This document shows positions 51,500-64,000 of a stretch of DNA of 64,000 bases, in pieces. This stretch comes from Paraspadella gotoi (Eukaryota; Animalia; Chaetognatha). The notes under the pieces are model-generated. The model ran no database searches, had not been told where the DNA came from, and saw only the letters and a program-made list of their open reading frames with translations. The stretch's first letter is position 1. Each line of letters begins with the position of its first letter. Made by a program: the position numbers and the translations under genes. The stretch is from contig JBJCIZ010000239.1 in the NCBI GenBank assembly GCA_051294375.1, positions 3,175,476 to 3,239,475 on the forward strand, in the 5' to 3' direction.

Positions 51500-52703
51500 A
51501 AATAGAGAAGAGAGAGAGAAGAGGAGAGGAAAGAAAAGTATCTTGCCCCTCTGGCGGTGGCTGGCAGTATAACACTCTTTACGCGACTCGAAGGACAGGG
51601 TGTCTTCTTTCTTTCTTTCTTTCTCTTTCTTCTTCTTTTTCTTTCTTTCTTTCTTTTCTTTTTTTCTTTCTTGTTTTCTTTTTTTGTCATTTCTTTCCTT
51701 TTTCTCTTCTTTTTTCTTGTCTTTTCTTTGTCTTTCTCTCTCTCTTCTCTCTCTCTCTCTCCTCTCTCTCTCCTCTCTTCTCTTCTGTATCATACATATA
51801 TATGTACACTCAATTAACAATTGTCATGTTACTATGTTAAATTTCACATTTTGAGCATAATAAATCAAATCAAATCAAGAATCTCTCTCTCTCTCTCACT
51901 CGACCGCATTTTCTTTCATTCTTGGTCAGGCAATATATATCTTTCTAAATTTCCAATTCTGGCTTCTCTGTATATTTTCAACGTGCTAGGCAAAAAAATA
52001 AAAATAAAAAGGACATTAAAAACATCTTTATTTTTTCGTTTTGTTTATTTGCGAAGTCCTTTTAGTTCGAGCTTCCACTCGCATTTTCTTTTATTTTTTT
52101 TTCTCGCTAAAATAAACCGAATGTGCATAGATATTTGATTTATATCGCGAGATCGGAGGGGAAAGGAGTAGATAGATAGAGAGAGAGAAGAGTGAGATGA
52201 GAAAGAAGAGATGAGAGTAGAGAGAGAGAGTGAGAGAAGATGAGAGAAGAAGATTGAGAGAGAGATTGTAGTTTGAGAGATGTAAAGAATCCCTCCTGAG
52301 TTTACTGTTTTTTTCGTGGGGTCTGCCCAAATAAGCATCTCTCTCTCTCTCTCCTTCTCTCTCCTCTCTCTCTCTCTCCCTCTCTCTCTCTCTCTCCTCC
52401 TTCTTCTCTCTCTCAAACTCCCTCCCTCCTCTCCCTTCTCGTAAGGGCGCGTGGGGGATCTGCCGCTAATTTCGCGTAAACGGCTCAAATGTTTTTGCCT
52501 CCGGGAGAATGAGATGATGCCACTGGGGGCCTGGCGTGATGGCGTGTGCGCTGGATGCGTGAGGGGTGAAAAGCCCGCGGCGGTGGATTTATGGGTGTAT
52601 ATTCGAGGGGGACTGGTGCCTTCTTCTACCATGAGATGGGCCGTGTTTCACTATTTTATTAATTTAGTATCTCTCTTTNNNNNNNNNNNNNNNNNNNNNN
52701 NNN

Positions 52704-53285
52704 TCTTCGCCCTCATTGCAGTCCCTGTCGGCCTTATCGTCGTATTCGTCATCGTCGTCGTCATCATCTTCGTCGTCGTTGTCTTCATTCTCATTGCAGT
52801 CCCTGTCGGCATTATCGTTGTATTCGTCGTCGTCATCGTCTTCATCGTCGTCGTCTTTGTTCTCATTACAGTCTCTCTTGGCCTTATCATTGTATTTGTC
52901 ATCGTCATCGTTGTCATCGTTTTCATCTTTGTCGTCTTTGTTCTCATTGCAGTCCCTGTCGGTCTTATCATCGTATTCGTCGTCAACATCGTCATCATCT
53001 TTGTCGTTGTCGTCTTCGTTCTCATTGCAGTCACTGTCGGCCTTATCATCGTATTTGTTATTGTCATCATCGTCGCCATCGTTGGTTGTCTTTGTTCTCA
53101 TTACAGTCCCTTTCGGCCTTATCATCGTCTTTGTCGTCGTCTTTGTCGTCGTCTTCATAGTCGTCGTCTTCGTTCTCATTGCAGTCCCTGTCGCCCTTGT
53201 CGTCGTCGTCGTCGTCGTCATTATCATGGTTGACATTGTCGTCGTCACTGTCATAATCATTGTCGTCTTTGTTGTCGTCGTCAAA
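52704..53285 (-). repeat. Seven copies of a 35-bp core separated by variable GAC/GAT tracts; reads as (D-rich)-KADRDCNENED repeats
   Basis: Cores start at 52704, 52782, 52854, 52935, 53013, 53089 and 53167 (periods 78, 72, 81, 78, 76, 78). Minus-strand core consensus GATAAGGCCGACAGGGACTGCAATGAGAACRAAGA. Confidence 0.9.
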
Positions 53286-54164
53286 TTGAAATTTTTTTTT
53301 TAAAATTTGTTTGTATGTTTTAATTTTCATCAACGTCGCTGACAAATCTTTTAAATCCGGATGGAATCATCTCTTCCTCCTCCAATGATAAAACTCCTTC
53401 GGTTCCATCTCCAGCAGATTCTTCACCATCTTTTTTGTTTATAAACAAACAAACAATATCAACTTTTATCCGAAGGAAGAAGCGACGCCCGAAAATAAAC
53501 AAACAACCTTTTGGTTTTTTTTTTACGTTTTGTTTACGAAATTCATTCGTTGTTATTGTTATTGTTATATCCCGGGGGGGTGAGGTTCCGGCCAACGGAG
53601 ACTCGTGTACGACACGATGAAAATTCGCGTGGCGTAGTGTATGCAGTGCATACACTACGTAAACTATGCCGCCATAAAAAAAAATCGGTGATTGAAATCG
53701 TCATATAAAACATCATGGTTTTCTCCATATATGAAAAAAAAATAAATGCAAAATAATATTTGGTAGTTAGGATATGACAAAATATAGGATAAAGAGAGAA
53801 AATTAATTTTTTCTTATAATAGTCCAACTCTATAAACCACTTAGCGGGTAGGGCGCGGGTTTTGGGAAAGGTAAGGCCGATGCCTTGGGGAGGAAAACTA
53901 ACGTTTGTTTAAAATTACCCCAAAAAAAGAGTAAGTGACTTTATATTAATGCGTATTTCCCTTTGATCACATATGACATGACATGACATGACTAACAAAC
54001 TTTCTTTGTCCATGTGACATTGCACTGCATCAAAATTTCGTCTTTTACTCCTTATAGATTTAGGAATTCCTGAAGCCGGCGTTAGCAGTCCCTTAGATTT
54101 GAAGTCTTATTCTGTCTTAACAAATGAGCAACCGATTATAGGCGAATTTTATGCATTTTTAACG

Positions 54165-54268
54165 TAAGTGGGATAGACCGACGGACGGACATACCGACCA
54201 ACGTACCGACCGACAGACCGACCGAAAAGTGACTTATAGAGTTGGTCCGCGAGTACTCGAGGAATAAG
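54165..54268 (-). mobile_element. Degenerate HINE 5' end remnant
   Basis: (GACC/GGAC)n followed by GAAAAGTGACTTATAGAGT, matching 5455-5485. Weaker remnants near 7900-7970, 41465-41520 and 58180-58245. Confidence 0.55.
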
Positions 54269-55217
54269 AAAAAGAAAGAAAGAAATTCTGCTGCAAACGC
54301 AGTTTTTTTTTGCGAATTTTGCGAATTTCGCCGCAACGAAATCCACAGCGAGCTCGGCAGTTAAACCAGCTTCCTTTTTNNNNNNNNNNNNNNNNNNNNN
54401 NNNNNNNNNNNNNNNNNNNNNNNNNNNNNNNNNNNNNNNNNNNNNNNNNNNNNNNNNNNNNNNNNNNNNNNNNNNNNNNNNNNNNNNNNNNNNNNNNNNN
54501 NNNNNNNNNNNNNNNNNNNNNNNNNNNNNNNNNNNNNNNNNNNNNNNNNNNNNNNNNNNNNNNNNNNNNNNNNNNNNNNNNNNNNNNNNNNNNNNNNNNN
54601 NNNNNNNNNNNNNNNNNNNNNNNNNNNNNNNNNNNNNNNNNNNNNNNNNNNNNNNNNNNNNNNNNNNNNNNNNNNNNNNNNNNNNNNNNNNNNNNNNNNN
54701 NNNNNNNNNNNNNNNNNNNNNNNNNNNNNNNNNNNNNNNNNNNNNNNNNNNNNNNNNNNNNNNNNNNNNNNNNNNNNNNNNNNNNNNNNNNNNNNNNNNN
54801 NNNNNNNNNNNNNNNNNNNNNNNNNNNNNNNNNNNNNNNNNNNNNNNNNNNNNNNNNNNNNNNNNNNNNNNNNNNNNNNNNNNNNNNNNNNNNNNNNNNN
54901 NNNNNNNNNNNNNNNNNNNNNNNNNNNNNNNNNNNNNNNNNNNNNNNNNNNNNNNNNNNNNNNNNNNNNNNNNNNNNNNNNNNNNNNNNNNNNNNNNNNN
55001 NNNNNNNNNNNNNNNNNNNNNNNNNNNNNNNNNNNNNNNNNNNNNNNNNNNNNNNNNNNNNNNNNNNNNNNNNNNNNNNNNNNNNNNNNNNNGCTCAGAT
55101 TCGACATTTCGCTCGCTGGGCTCGTAACGCTCTCTCTGCCGTAGCCGCGCTGAGTCTCCCGCCGCGTCGCGACCGCCGCCGCCTTTTTTCCTGCGCCATC
55201 ACGCCAACACACCACTA

Positions 55218-55270
55218 CGCCAAAAACGCCAAAAACGCCAAAAACGCCAAAAATGCCAAAAACGCCAAAA
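55218..55270. repeat. 9-bp tandem repeat (GCCAAAAAC), about six copies
   Basis: Directly visible. Confidence 0.9.
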
Positions 55271-55878
55271 CCCTACAATAAAAGATTTCGCCAAAAAGAA
55301 AGGACGGAAAGAGGGGGTGAGACAATCCAGAAATCAAAATCACAGAATTTCAGTTTCCGCTGTTTGGTAAAAACACAATTTATTCTTTTCTGAAATTTCT
55401 CTCGCTTCGCCAAGAATCTTTCGCTTGGTCAAAACCGCTCTTGCAACGTCACAGACTTCAACACAACAAAAAAGTCTGTAAGAGGAAATTTGCAAAGTTG
55501 CATAAACATTGTCCTTGCATAAACGTTGTCCTTGCTAAAGTTTGGTCTACTCAACCTCGCATTCAGAAGCGCGGGTCATATCTTACGACGGGTCAGGAAA
55601 TACTCGGTAATGTTTCAGTTGCGTGAACTTTCCCGTGATCTTTCGGTTGCGTGATGTCAAGTGAAATCTGGAAACGCTGCTCCGATGTGACCTCGTGAGA
55701 GAAGGTTGACCCTTGACGGAAGAAAGATTCTATGGCATCTCGCGAGTCAAACTTACTCTGAACTCTGGCTACTCTCTATATATCTCTCTCTCTCTCTTTC
55801 ACTCTGTCCCTCTTTCACGCTCTCTCTCATTTTTATTCTAAGAACGAAAAAAAAAATATTCCTTCGTTTGATCTCTCA

Positions 55879-55959
<81 letters not shown>

Positions 55960-56322
55960 CTTGTTTTCTTCTCAAATTTCGTTTTCTCAAATCATTTGTT
56001 TATTTTTTGCCTTCGTCAAAATCTTCTCCTCGTATTTGATTCGCCGCTTGCCCGGCCCTGGCCGCCGCTGCTGCCTCTGCGCCCGCGCTGTTCCTTCCGA
56101 AACGCCGCTGCGCCCGCCGCAGCGCCATCTCCGTGCCTACGGTGCCGCCTGCCCGCCGTGCCCGCGGTGCCCGGAGTGGAAAATTCCGCGCTCGCCTGAA
56201 TCCGTCAGAACTCAGAACCCTTCGAAAATCCTCATCATAAAATCCTGGGATATGAACGGGAAATCGGAAAAAAGAGGGAATTAATAGAGAGAGAGAGAGA
56301 GAGAGAGGAAGAGAGAGGAAGA

Positions 56323-56378
<56 letters not shown>

Positions 56379-56423
56379 TGATTATGAATCCGTAAAGTGG
56401 AAAAATCCAACCAATCTTCCTTT

Positions 56424-56478
<55 letters not shown>

Positions 56479-57694
56479 CATATGAAATTTTTTTTTATGA
56501 ATGAACAAACTTCCTTTTAATGAGACCCATTTTCAAACGGAATTTTTTCCTAAAATTTTTTGGGTCGTAATATTAATTTAACTTGGTAATTTCTCAGTTC
56601 CCGTGATTACCAAATCATAGTCTGTCTGTCTGTTTTTTGTTTTGGTTTTCTGTCCGTCTGTCTTTCTTCTGCATGGCTCGGGTTACTCTTTCCCTCTCTC
56701 GTTAAACACTAAAAATTCAGCCAATGTGATGATGTGATAGATTTTTAACGTTTTTTGTTTTTAACCAATTTCTGTCAAAATTTTAAAAATTGTATACTAA
56801 CTTTTCATTTAACTTTTCAAGCTTATAAGAATCCGTTCTTAAAAAATAAATTTTTAAAAATTTTTTTGTCATTTTTTATATTAATAAATATTTAAAGCTC
56901 AGTGCAACAACCCAATAACTAATTCAAAAAGTTGCATTGAAAATCGATTTATAATGGAAGGAAAAAAGAAATTTTTTTGAGAGAATTAGAATTATAAAAA
57001 GTGTTCAATTTTGGCCCGCCTTACTAATCACTTATCGCCTTAGTCCCTTTAAACGTCAAAGAATTAAAGCGAATAATTGACAACTATTTTCTACTTAAGA
57101 GCAAAAAAATGATCGAGTTATTATTTCCTGCTAACCTAAGTATATACCGTACTTATCAGAGATAAATATCAATATTTGTCATAGATTTGCCAGTGCGAAA
57201 ACGAATAAACTTATCTTTTACGTGGAATGACATTTTAAACTCGAAAAAAAAATGACCAGGAAAAGCAAATTGAACCAAGTCAAACCCTTTAATCTGGGAA
57301 ACTAGAAATTCAAAAAACAAAAGACAAATAATTTTCGTAATCGACAGAAAGCACGATAAAACAGAAAGACCAGAAACGTCATTGATTTTGGTCTTATCTC
57401 GATTTTTTCTTATCTAAAAAAGTTACCGCATTTCACAAAACGAATTGATCGATCGTTTTGTCCTTGAACAAACAACATACGAATGAGGTTTTTTGTTTGT
57501 TGAACGAATCGAATCTAAAGAAATTTTTTTTTTTATACACAATATAAATTCAAATCTTTCACCAACTCAAAATTGACTCTATTCCTCCATGACTACCGCG
57601 TGCGACGGGACGAGAAAACAAAGCCATTCGTTACGCGGACGAAAGCAGCCGCCGCTGTTGACTCACCTCGCGCCTTACTTCATCCGCACGGAAA

Positions 57695-57751
<57 letters not shown>

Positions 57752-58331
57752 CTTCTGTTCTGTTAGCTCTAGACCCACTTAATGAGACTGAAATTTGTCC
57801 TTTTATTTTCTTCGCATTAAAATTTAAATTTTTTGTTTAATCACGGAATTCAAAAAATAAAGCGGATCATATGTATATTTTAATTTAAAACACAAAAACA
57901 AGAAACTGCAATTTCAATAAGTTGAACGCATTAAATATGTTATGTATATGCTTTTCAAATCATTATATACAATGAATAATTATATAAAACATATATTGTT
58001 GTACCAATATCATATATATAATATATATATTCATATGATATTGATCAATAAACTGCTCAAGTATGAAACATACACATATTAAACATCTTAATATAAATGA
58101 CCTTTCTACCGAGTACTATTAAATAATGAGTATGACTGCATTGAAATATTTAATAGATAAATAAGATAAAATAATGACAGACCGACCGACCACGACGACC
58201 AAAAAAGTTATTTTTCAGTCTCTCTTGTCCTCGCGAAACTAAAAACGCCCATCTTAAACCCTAAGAAACTCGACTTAAAAGACATTTCCTCTCTTTCCCG
58301 CACTTTCGATTCGCAGCGCCCTCCGTCGTCC

Positions 58332-61300
58332 ATGAAACAAGTCAGTATCTATCAAATGCGCGACGACTATTGTGCAAAAACCGCTTCTTCTTCTTCGTCG
58401 TCGTCCGTCGTCGTCGCTTTCGTCTTTGGAAGTTTTTATTCGGATTTTTTGCGCTTTGAAGATTTTGGATTCGATTCGTGGAAGCAGACACGAAGCCTCG
58501 TTTCCGATCCATTCCGTCAATTTCTCTGGTAAACAAAGATCAAAGAATTTTATAAACAAAGATTAACTGTGATTATAAAGATTCACAGATATTCATAATT
58601 CATGTTTACAGAGATTCATAAATCCTCATTCACAGATCTCATGATAATTCAGTCACAGAGTTCACATTCGGAAACAGACGAAGAAAGGATTCGACGTCTT
58701 CACACCGGATGTAATTCCCACTTTGATCCTTCGATCCATCGCTCATCACATCAAATTGAAGGTGAGATCAATTACGAATCGAAAACACGTATGAAATTGA
58801 CCTTGCAGTTAGGACAGGATATTTGAACTATATTTGGCGCCCTGCCCATCACTGTCAAATGAAACACAGTCGACAGGGCAAAACCCGCGATCAATGGTAT
58901 AAGAATGAAGCGTTAGCTCTATGATGAAAATTAACGTGCCAAACTGTCCCACGTAAATTCTTATTATATTTCTCAATCTAACTATTACAGCGCGGCAGAA
59001 CTGGAGAGTCTTATTCAACGAGTTATAATATTTGGATGTTAATTTAAATTTATTAAATTCCAGGAAAGAAAGACAATCGAATGCAGCAAAACTCGACGAT
59101 TTGTTGTGAGAATTTAAAAGAAAATTCGATTCGTTGAACGAAAGGAAATAAAGGAAAAAACTAAGAATTAAATCTTGTGAAATCAAAACTGTAAGCGGCG
59201 AAGTGATTCGGACAGTTCGTGGGAATGACGGACGGCGGACATTTCGGACGCCAGCGTGAGTCATGAAAATTTATTAAGAAATTATTTTAATAAACTAAAT
59301 ATGTAAACTAATAATCAAATCATAATATGTATCCGGATTTTATTTTAATAAAATTTCCATTTAGATAAATAATTTTTGAAATATTAATTGATTTTTTCAA
59401 TTATCCTTCACAAAAGGTCAACCTCTCCGGCGACTTTCACTGATCAATTGTTTCGACAAAGATCGTCGACTCTCTTCAAGAATTCGTCGTCGCGTTAATG
59501 ATAAAAAAAAACAAAGAGACAAAACTCTGGATTCGACGTTTTGCTCATCGGCGTCGATTCTTATCGAGAAATAATTTGTCAGAAATTTCCCGAACTCGAA
59601 ATTCCTCTTCGATAATTTTGGAACCCGTGGAATATTTGTAATTTAGACTTGAAATAAGGTTCGAACTTCATACAAGTAGTACAAGATAATTTCAGGTCTA
59701 CTGCTTGCGAATCCTAACGCATTGAACATTCTTTACCATTTTATATCGCTTATGGAACTTGAATTCTTGATTAGCTATAGTCGAAATTCGAAATTGCATC
59801 CAGTTATACTTTCTATAAATGGTAGAATGTTTCAGTTTGTATTTACAATTTAGAGTACCTCTTATAAAATTTCCAGTACAACAAAGTTGCCGACAATACT
59901 CTGGTTAATTTTATTCCATTTCTCACTGGAAAATATCTTAAAGATTTGCTTGACAGAAAAATGGCTCATCTGCCTTTTGATAAATATCCTTCATTTGGAA
60001 AAATTTTTCAGATAGAGGGTAAGTTTATAAAATATTTTCGAAGGTTTTAGAATTCAAACTTTATGGTTTATGGTTTATGTAGAAAATAAGTTACGGATGT
60101 ATATGTTTTTTTGTATGTAAAACGGTTTTAACCCAGATCCGCACTTTCTTCGGAGAGACTCTCGCAGCATTATACCTTCAACTACCAAAAAGCGGGATTT
60201 CATTCTCAACCAACTGATTATTACTTCCGTCCATTTATGTTGGCTCATGAGGAATTAGAAAAAAAAATGGGCCTAAGGTACATAGTTATGTGTTTTTTTT
60301 TAAAGTTTCCTAAAACTGATATGCATTAATAATATAATTAATAATTGATAATCTTATAATAATATTAATAATAATATTTAAATAATTCTATTAATAAACT
60401 TTTCAGCGAGAATCTCGAACGAATGCTTGGATATCAAACTCAGTAAAAGATTACTTCTATTATTAAATTAATTTATGCACACTGCAAAGGCTAATATATA
60501 TATATATATATATTTGAGATTGTATAAAAAAACATTGTTGAGCACTTAGCTCTACCTAATGTACCATGTAGATTTCACTGGCGAAGCCATTTCACTCTCA
60601 AAAATAAGATCAATCCAAATCACGAGATTTAATAAAATAATCAGAGCAGCAACAAGTATAGAGAGAGAGTATAGATAGAGAGAGCCAGAGAGAGCTCAAA
60701 GCTAATGTTTCCTGCAATCTCCTAAAAGTTTAACATCTACTTGCCCTTTTATACTCTTTAAATTTAAATAGACCAATTAAAAACGACTTTCGACTTTTGA
60801 GAATACTACCAATAATTGATCAGAAAGGTCTCGTCAATCAGATTTAAGAACTAAATATTAACCCATGAAATCATAGATAGAGGACGAGTTTGAGAATTTA
60901 AGCTAGTAACGTTATTTGTATTCCATATAAAACGAATATTAATTTCGAAAACTAATTAAATATTTAAAACTATTTAACATATATTATATTGGTTGTACCA
61001 ATTCATTATTATTTATATATCTTCAAAATCCGCAGGGCGAATGCTGTACGACTATTTTCTCGAGTTTCTTCGACTCAAAAACGAAAAGAAATTCGCTTAG
61101 TTTGGACGAACTCTTGTCGCACCTGAAGTCTACGACGCCGCTTTGGCCGATGAGCGACGGAAAAACTCTTTCACAAATTGAAACAGGGTCAGTTGTTGGA
61201 GAAACGGCGAATATGTCGATACTACGTATTTTTGAATCTACAACTTATCATTGTGCAACTCTATCTGTTAATTGATAAATAGATTTTAAAGAAGGTTGTC

Positions 61301-62483
61301 GAATTTTCTAAGACTTAAATTTTTAATAGAGGCAACATTTTTTTGTATTTTGTAAGTATTACTTTTAATTTTAAAACGGATTTACCTAACCTACTTGGAT
61401 GAATTAGTCATTGCTCAGTTTTAAAATCTTTTTTAAATCAGGCGGCTTCTTAGAAATTCCATTGATTTTCTTCTCTGATCACGGCTTCAGATTTGTCTAA
61501 TCAGAAAACTTTCGCGGAAAATCGAAGAGCGTCTTCCTTTCCTTTTCTTTCTCGCGCCCAAAAGATTCAAGAAGACATAGAGGGCGTTACGAGAATTTGA
61601 AGAAAAATGCGCGAAGATGACGACAAATTTGACATTTATCAAACTCTGGTGGATCTTTTGGATTAGACTTATGAAAGAACGAGTACTAGTATAAAATGCT
61701 CAATATATAATTATATATTTTATATATTTTTTGATTTTTTAGAGTATTTGCCAGCTTTTTTTTCTTTTTTCATATTTGTGATATTATAGAAGATTCAACT
61801 ACTCAAAGATTTTTGTAAGAAAGAATTATACAACCTATTTAAATTTTTTTTCAAAATAATTTACGCTTTTAAAATGAGTCAAAGTATGTTATAGAATAAC
61901 GTTAAAGATTTAAAATGCTAAAAGATAAAAACATTTTAATTTAATTTTTCTTACTTATACTATTATAAAATTCTTGTATGATTTTTCGTTATAAGAGGCA
62001 AAGAAACTCTCCTTTTGTCACGGAATCCAATACCGCTATTCGCTCCTTGATGAAGTTCCTCCAGAAAGAAATTGTGAATCGGCAACGATCAAACCTCATT
62101 GGTGCGTCTGTCAATCTATGAAACAAGTAGATGTTAAAGATAAAGATGTCACTAAAGCTGGACATTCATCGTTCAACAGTTTTGGATATTTTATGATTGG
62201 ATAATGAAAAAAAATATCAAACATTAATCCTAAATAATATAATGTGATTTTATAAATATATTTTTACCGCTCAATAGAGAAGTGCAGAAATAATTGTAAA
62301 GTTTAAAACTGACACTTATTCACTTTTGTTGCAACTTTTCGCCACTTTAGTTTAATTAAAGTTTTTTTTTGTTTTTTTTACAGATAAACAAATATCTCTC
62401 TGATAAAAAACGTTTGTGAGCACTACATATGGAAAAATATTAAGCCATTTGTGACGGAATCTTCAGAATACTATCGACGTTAA
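58332..62483 (+). CDS. DUF229-family (alkaline phosphatase/sulfatase-like) protein; multi-exon, with many apparent frameshifts
   Basis: Family-type motifs in order: N-terminal hydrophobic anchor (about 58385-58440), VLLIGVDS (59538), YNKVADNTLVNFIPFLTG (59877), QPTDYYFRPFMLA (about 60207), SDHGFRF (61474), ERLPFLFFLAPKRFK (about 61525), FDIYQTLVDLL (61628) and PPERNCESATIKPHWCVCQ (about 62058-62115). Last exon 62384-62483 ends in TAA. Start position is approximate. Confidence 0.85.
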
Positions 62484-62513
62484 GATTTTCTCGAATTAAT
62501 CCCACCCTTGAAT

Positions 62514-64000
62514 TTATTTTTCTTCTCACATCTCAGCTGAACAGCTTTACCATCATATATGCGTTTGTCCCGATCGCATCACGTCGACACTTTCACGCCC
62601 CCAATTAATCGCACCACATCGTTGTCGGACGTCAGCGTCGCCCGAACGTTCGTCTATTCGCCGACGTCAACGCCTCTCGAAAACTGGGAAGAAGCTTCGA
62701 CGACCAGCTTGTCTCTCATCCACACCGCGCCCAACCCGGACGATCTCCCTCGAAAGTTTTCCAAGCATTCGCTCGAAAATCCTTCGGTTCCGACGATTTC
62801 GATCATATCAAGAGTTCAAAACATCGCGACAAGCTTAGGAAAAAAGGGCTTCTTCCACCAACTTTTGGCCACGGAGAAGAGCCATTCCATCCCGTCGTCA
62901 GGTCTTCTTTCGGAATTGGGAAGAAAAGACAAATGGATCTTCCCGTCAGGTCGATGTTCCTCTCTCTCTGGATCCCTAGAAACGCCGATTAATTCTCGCT
63001 TCTTCGATGGAATCATCGAGACGACGCCATCGGTTAATCTCGACCAAGCTTTGACGATAACTTGACTTTTCCAAGTAGAAGGCTTTTTTAACACTTCGAG
63101 AAGGACGAGAATCCGCGCCGATACTTCCACTCCGGTTAATATAAGCTCGTCTCTACTACTAAACTTGCAGACGAAGAAAGATCTTAGTATTATGGAAAAT
63201 TTTCATAAATTACAAGGACGTCATAACGGCGACGGCTCGAAGACATCGCCAAGCTTCAACCTCTCTTTCAACGTCACCCAAGTCTCGTAGAAGAATACAC
63301 TTCGAAAAAAATGTCGAAAAATTAAAATAGTGAAAGCTCAAAATCCCAAAAAAAAGCAGAAATACCGGTCTCTTGTCAATCTCCACATATTCCACAAAAA
63401 GACGTTTATTCTAGCAACAACCTCAACGAGCATCTGATCATAAGCCAACGCTCCTTCGGATTGAAAAGCTCAACGCATGCGACGACTACCTGCACGAGAG
63501 GGGATCCAATGCAAAAAATAGATTATTCCGTCATTCCCTCGATAAAGAAAAACCAAACACCGTTAAATCCCTTGGAAAAACTTTCCACAAGCAGAGTTTC
63601 GGATGAAAATGACGTACGATCCTCTCGATCAAGACGCAATCGACGCCGCACGACAATTACACGTTTTGTTTCAATCGCCCTTATCATCGGACAAATCTAC
63701 TGACGACATCTTCGGCGACTAAAAAATTCAAGATGCTCGAAAAATTTTGACAGCGCCTTGTTTTTCTCAATGTCGAGTCCGTCCTGGAATAATCAATAAA
63801 AACTTTTTTATTTTTTTTGTTTTTATGAATATTATTTTTTTATTAATATGTTTTTTAATCAATCAATTCATTAATTAATGAATATCATCTACTAAAACGA
63901 ATGATGAAAAAATTACGTACTTACTGTCCGATATTTTTTCTCGAAATTCTCGCCTTTATTATTTAAAAAAACAACACACGTTTTGTTTGTGATGTCTCGG
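62514..64000 (-). CDS. Unidentified protein-coding gene: large terminal exon (63783-62514) with frameshifts, continuing beyond the window
   Basis: About 1.27 kb of complex sequence with coding-like composition, including ORF 62816..63130. Acceptor attccag at 63784, upstream donor gtaagt near 63924, C-terminus IYDGKAVQLRCEKKK-TAA. No family recognised. Confidence 0.55.

Larger units (their letters stand above)
37944..52669. repeat. Large inverted duplication: 37944-43003 versus about 43330-52669, with arms differing by two transposon insertions
   Basis: 37944-38775 is the reverse complement of 51805-52669; 39414-41555 of 49700-51805; 41560-43003 of 43330-44835. The fold lies in a (GTC)n/(GAC)n tract and the right arm ends at a 25-N gap. 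Confidence 0.92.

Noticed and set aside
52704-53205. CRISPR-like repeat-spacer spacing (35-bp repeats, about 40-bp spacers)
   Set aside because: Spacers are related GAC/GAT microsatellite rather than unique sequence, the repeats vary and are not palindromic, there are no cas genes, and the context is eukaryotic.
56000-56250. GC-rich island with ORFs on both strands, also at 55093-55210 and 41740-42060
   Set aside because: Possibly exons, but no frame, splice-site pair or homology could be fixed from the sequence alone.
3013-57840. Many ORFs rich in SL, ER, F, R, S, V or T runs
   Set aside because: They are translations of (CT)n, (AG)n, (GAC)n and (TTTC)n microsatellites, which lack stop codons.
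58332-63783. DUF229 gene and its neighbour as pseudogenes or programmed-frameshift genes
   Set aside because: Motifs and splice sites are retained in order, and the same indel noise is evident between duplicated copies elsewhere in the window. Sequencing error is the simpler explanation, though not proven.

Overview
This is eukaryotic DNA, most likely a draft scaffold from an invertebrate animal. It is AT-rich, has GT-AG spliceosomal introns and abundant (AG)n, (GAC)n and (AAAG)n microsatellites, and contains many N gaps. Four gaps are exactly 25 N, and several stretches carry dense indel noise, which points to gap filling with unpolished long reads. Supported genes: an intact 7-exon MATH-BTB (SPOP-like) gene (minus, 1284-8186), a multi-exon coiled-coil gene (plus, at least 21574-24815), a frameshifted DUF229-family gene (plus, about 58332-62483), and an unidentified convergent gene at the right end. 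Mobile DNA includes nested Helentron-associated (HINE/DINE-1-like) elements, a TIR MITE, and an unclassified structured repeat of about 245 bp. Two giant inverted duplications (8962-19925 and 37944-52669) and two tandem duplications are probably assembly artefacts. The arms of the second inversion differ by reciprocal transposon insertions, so they look like two haplotypes. Best candidates for new biology: (1) introns whose two ends base-pair, often with weak donors and AAG acceptors; (2) an Asp-rich, Cys-spaced repeat ORF that can be reassembled across the inversion; (3) the structured repeat family. No prokaryotic system, CRISPR array, rRNA or complete tRNA is visible. All pairings and alignments were done by eye, so none of these is established.
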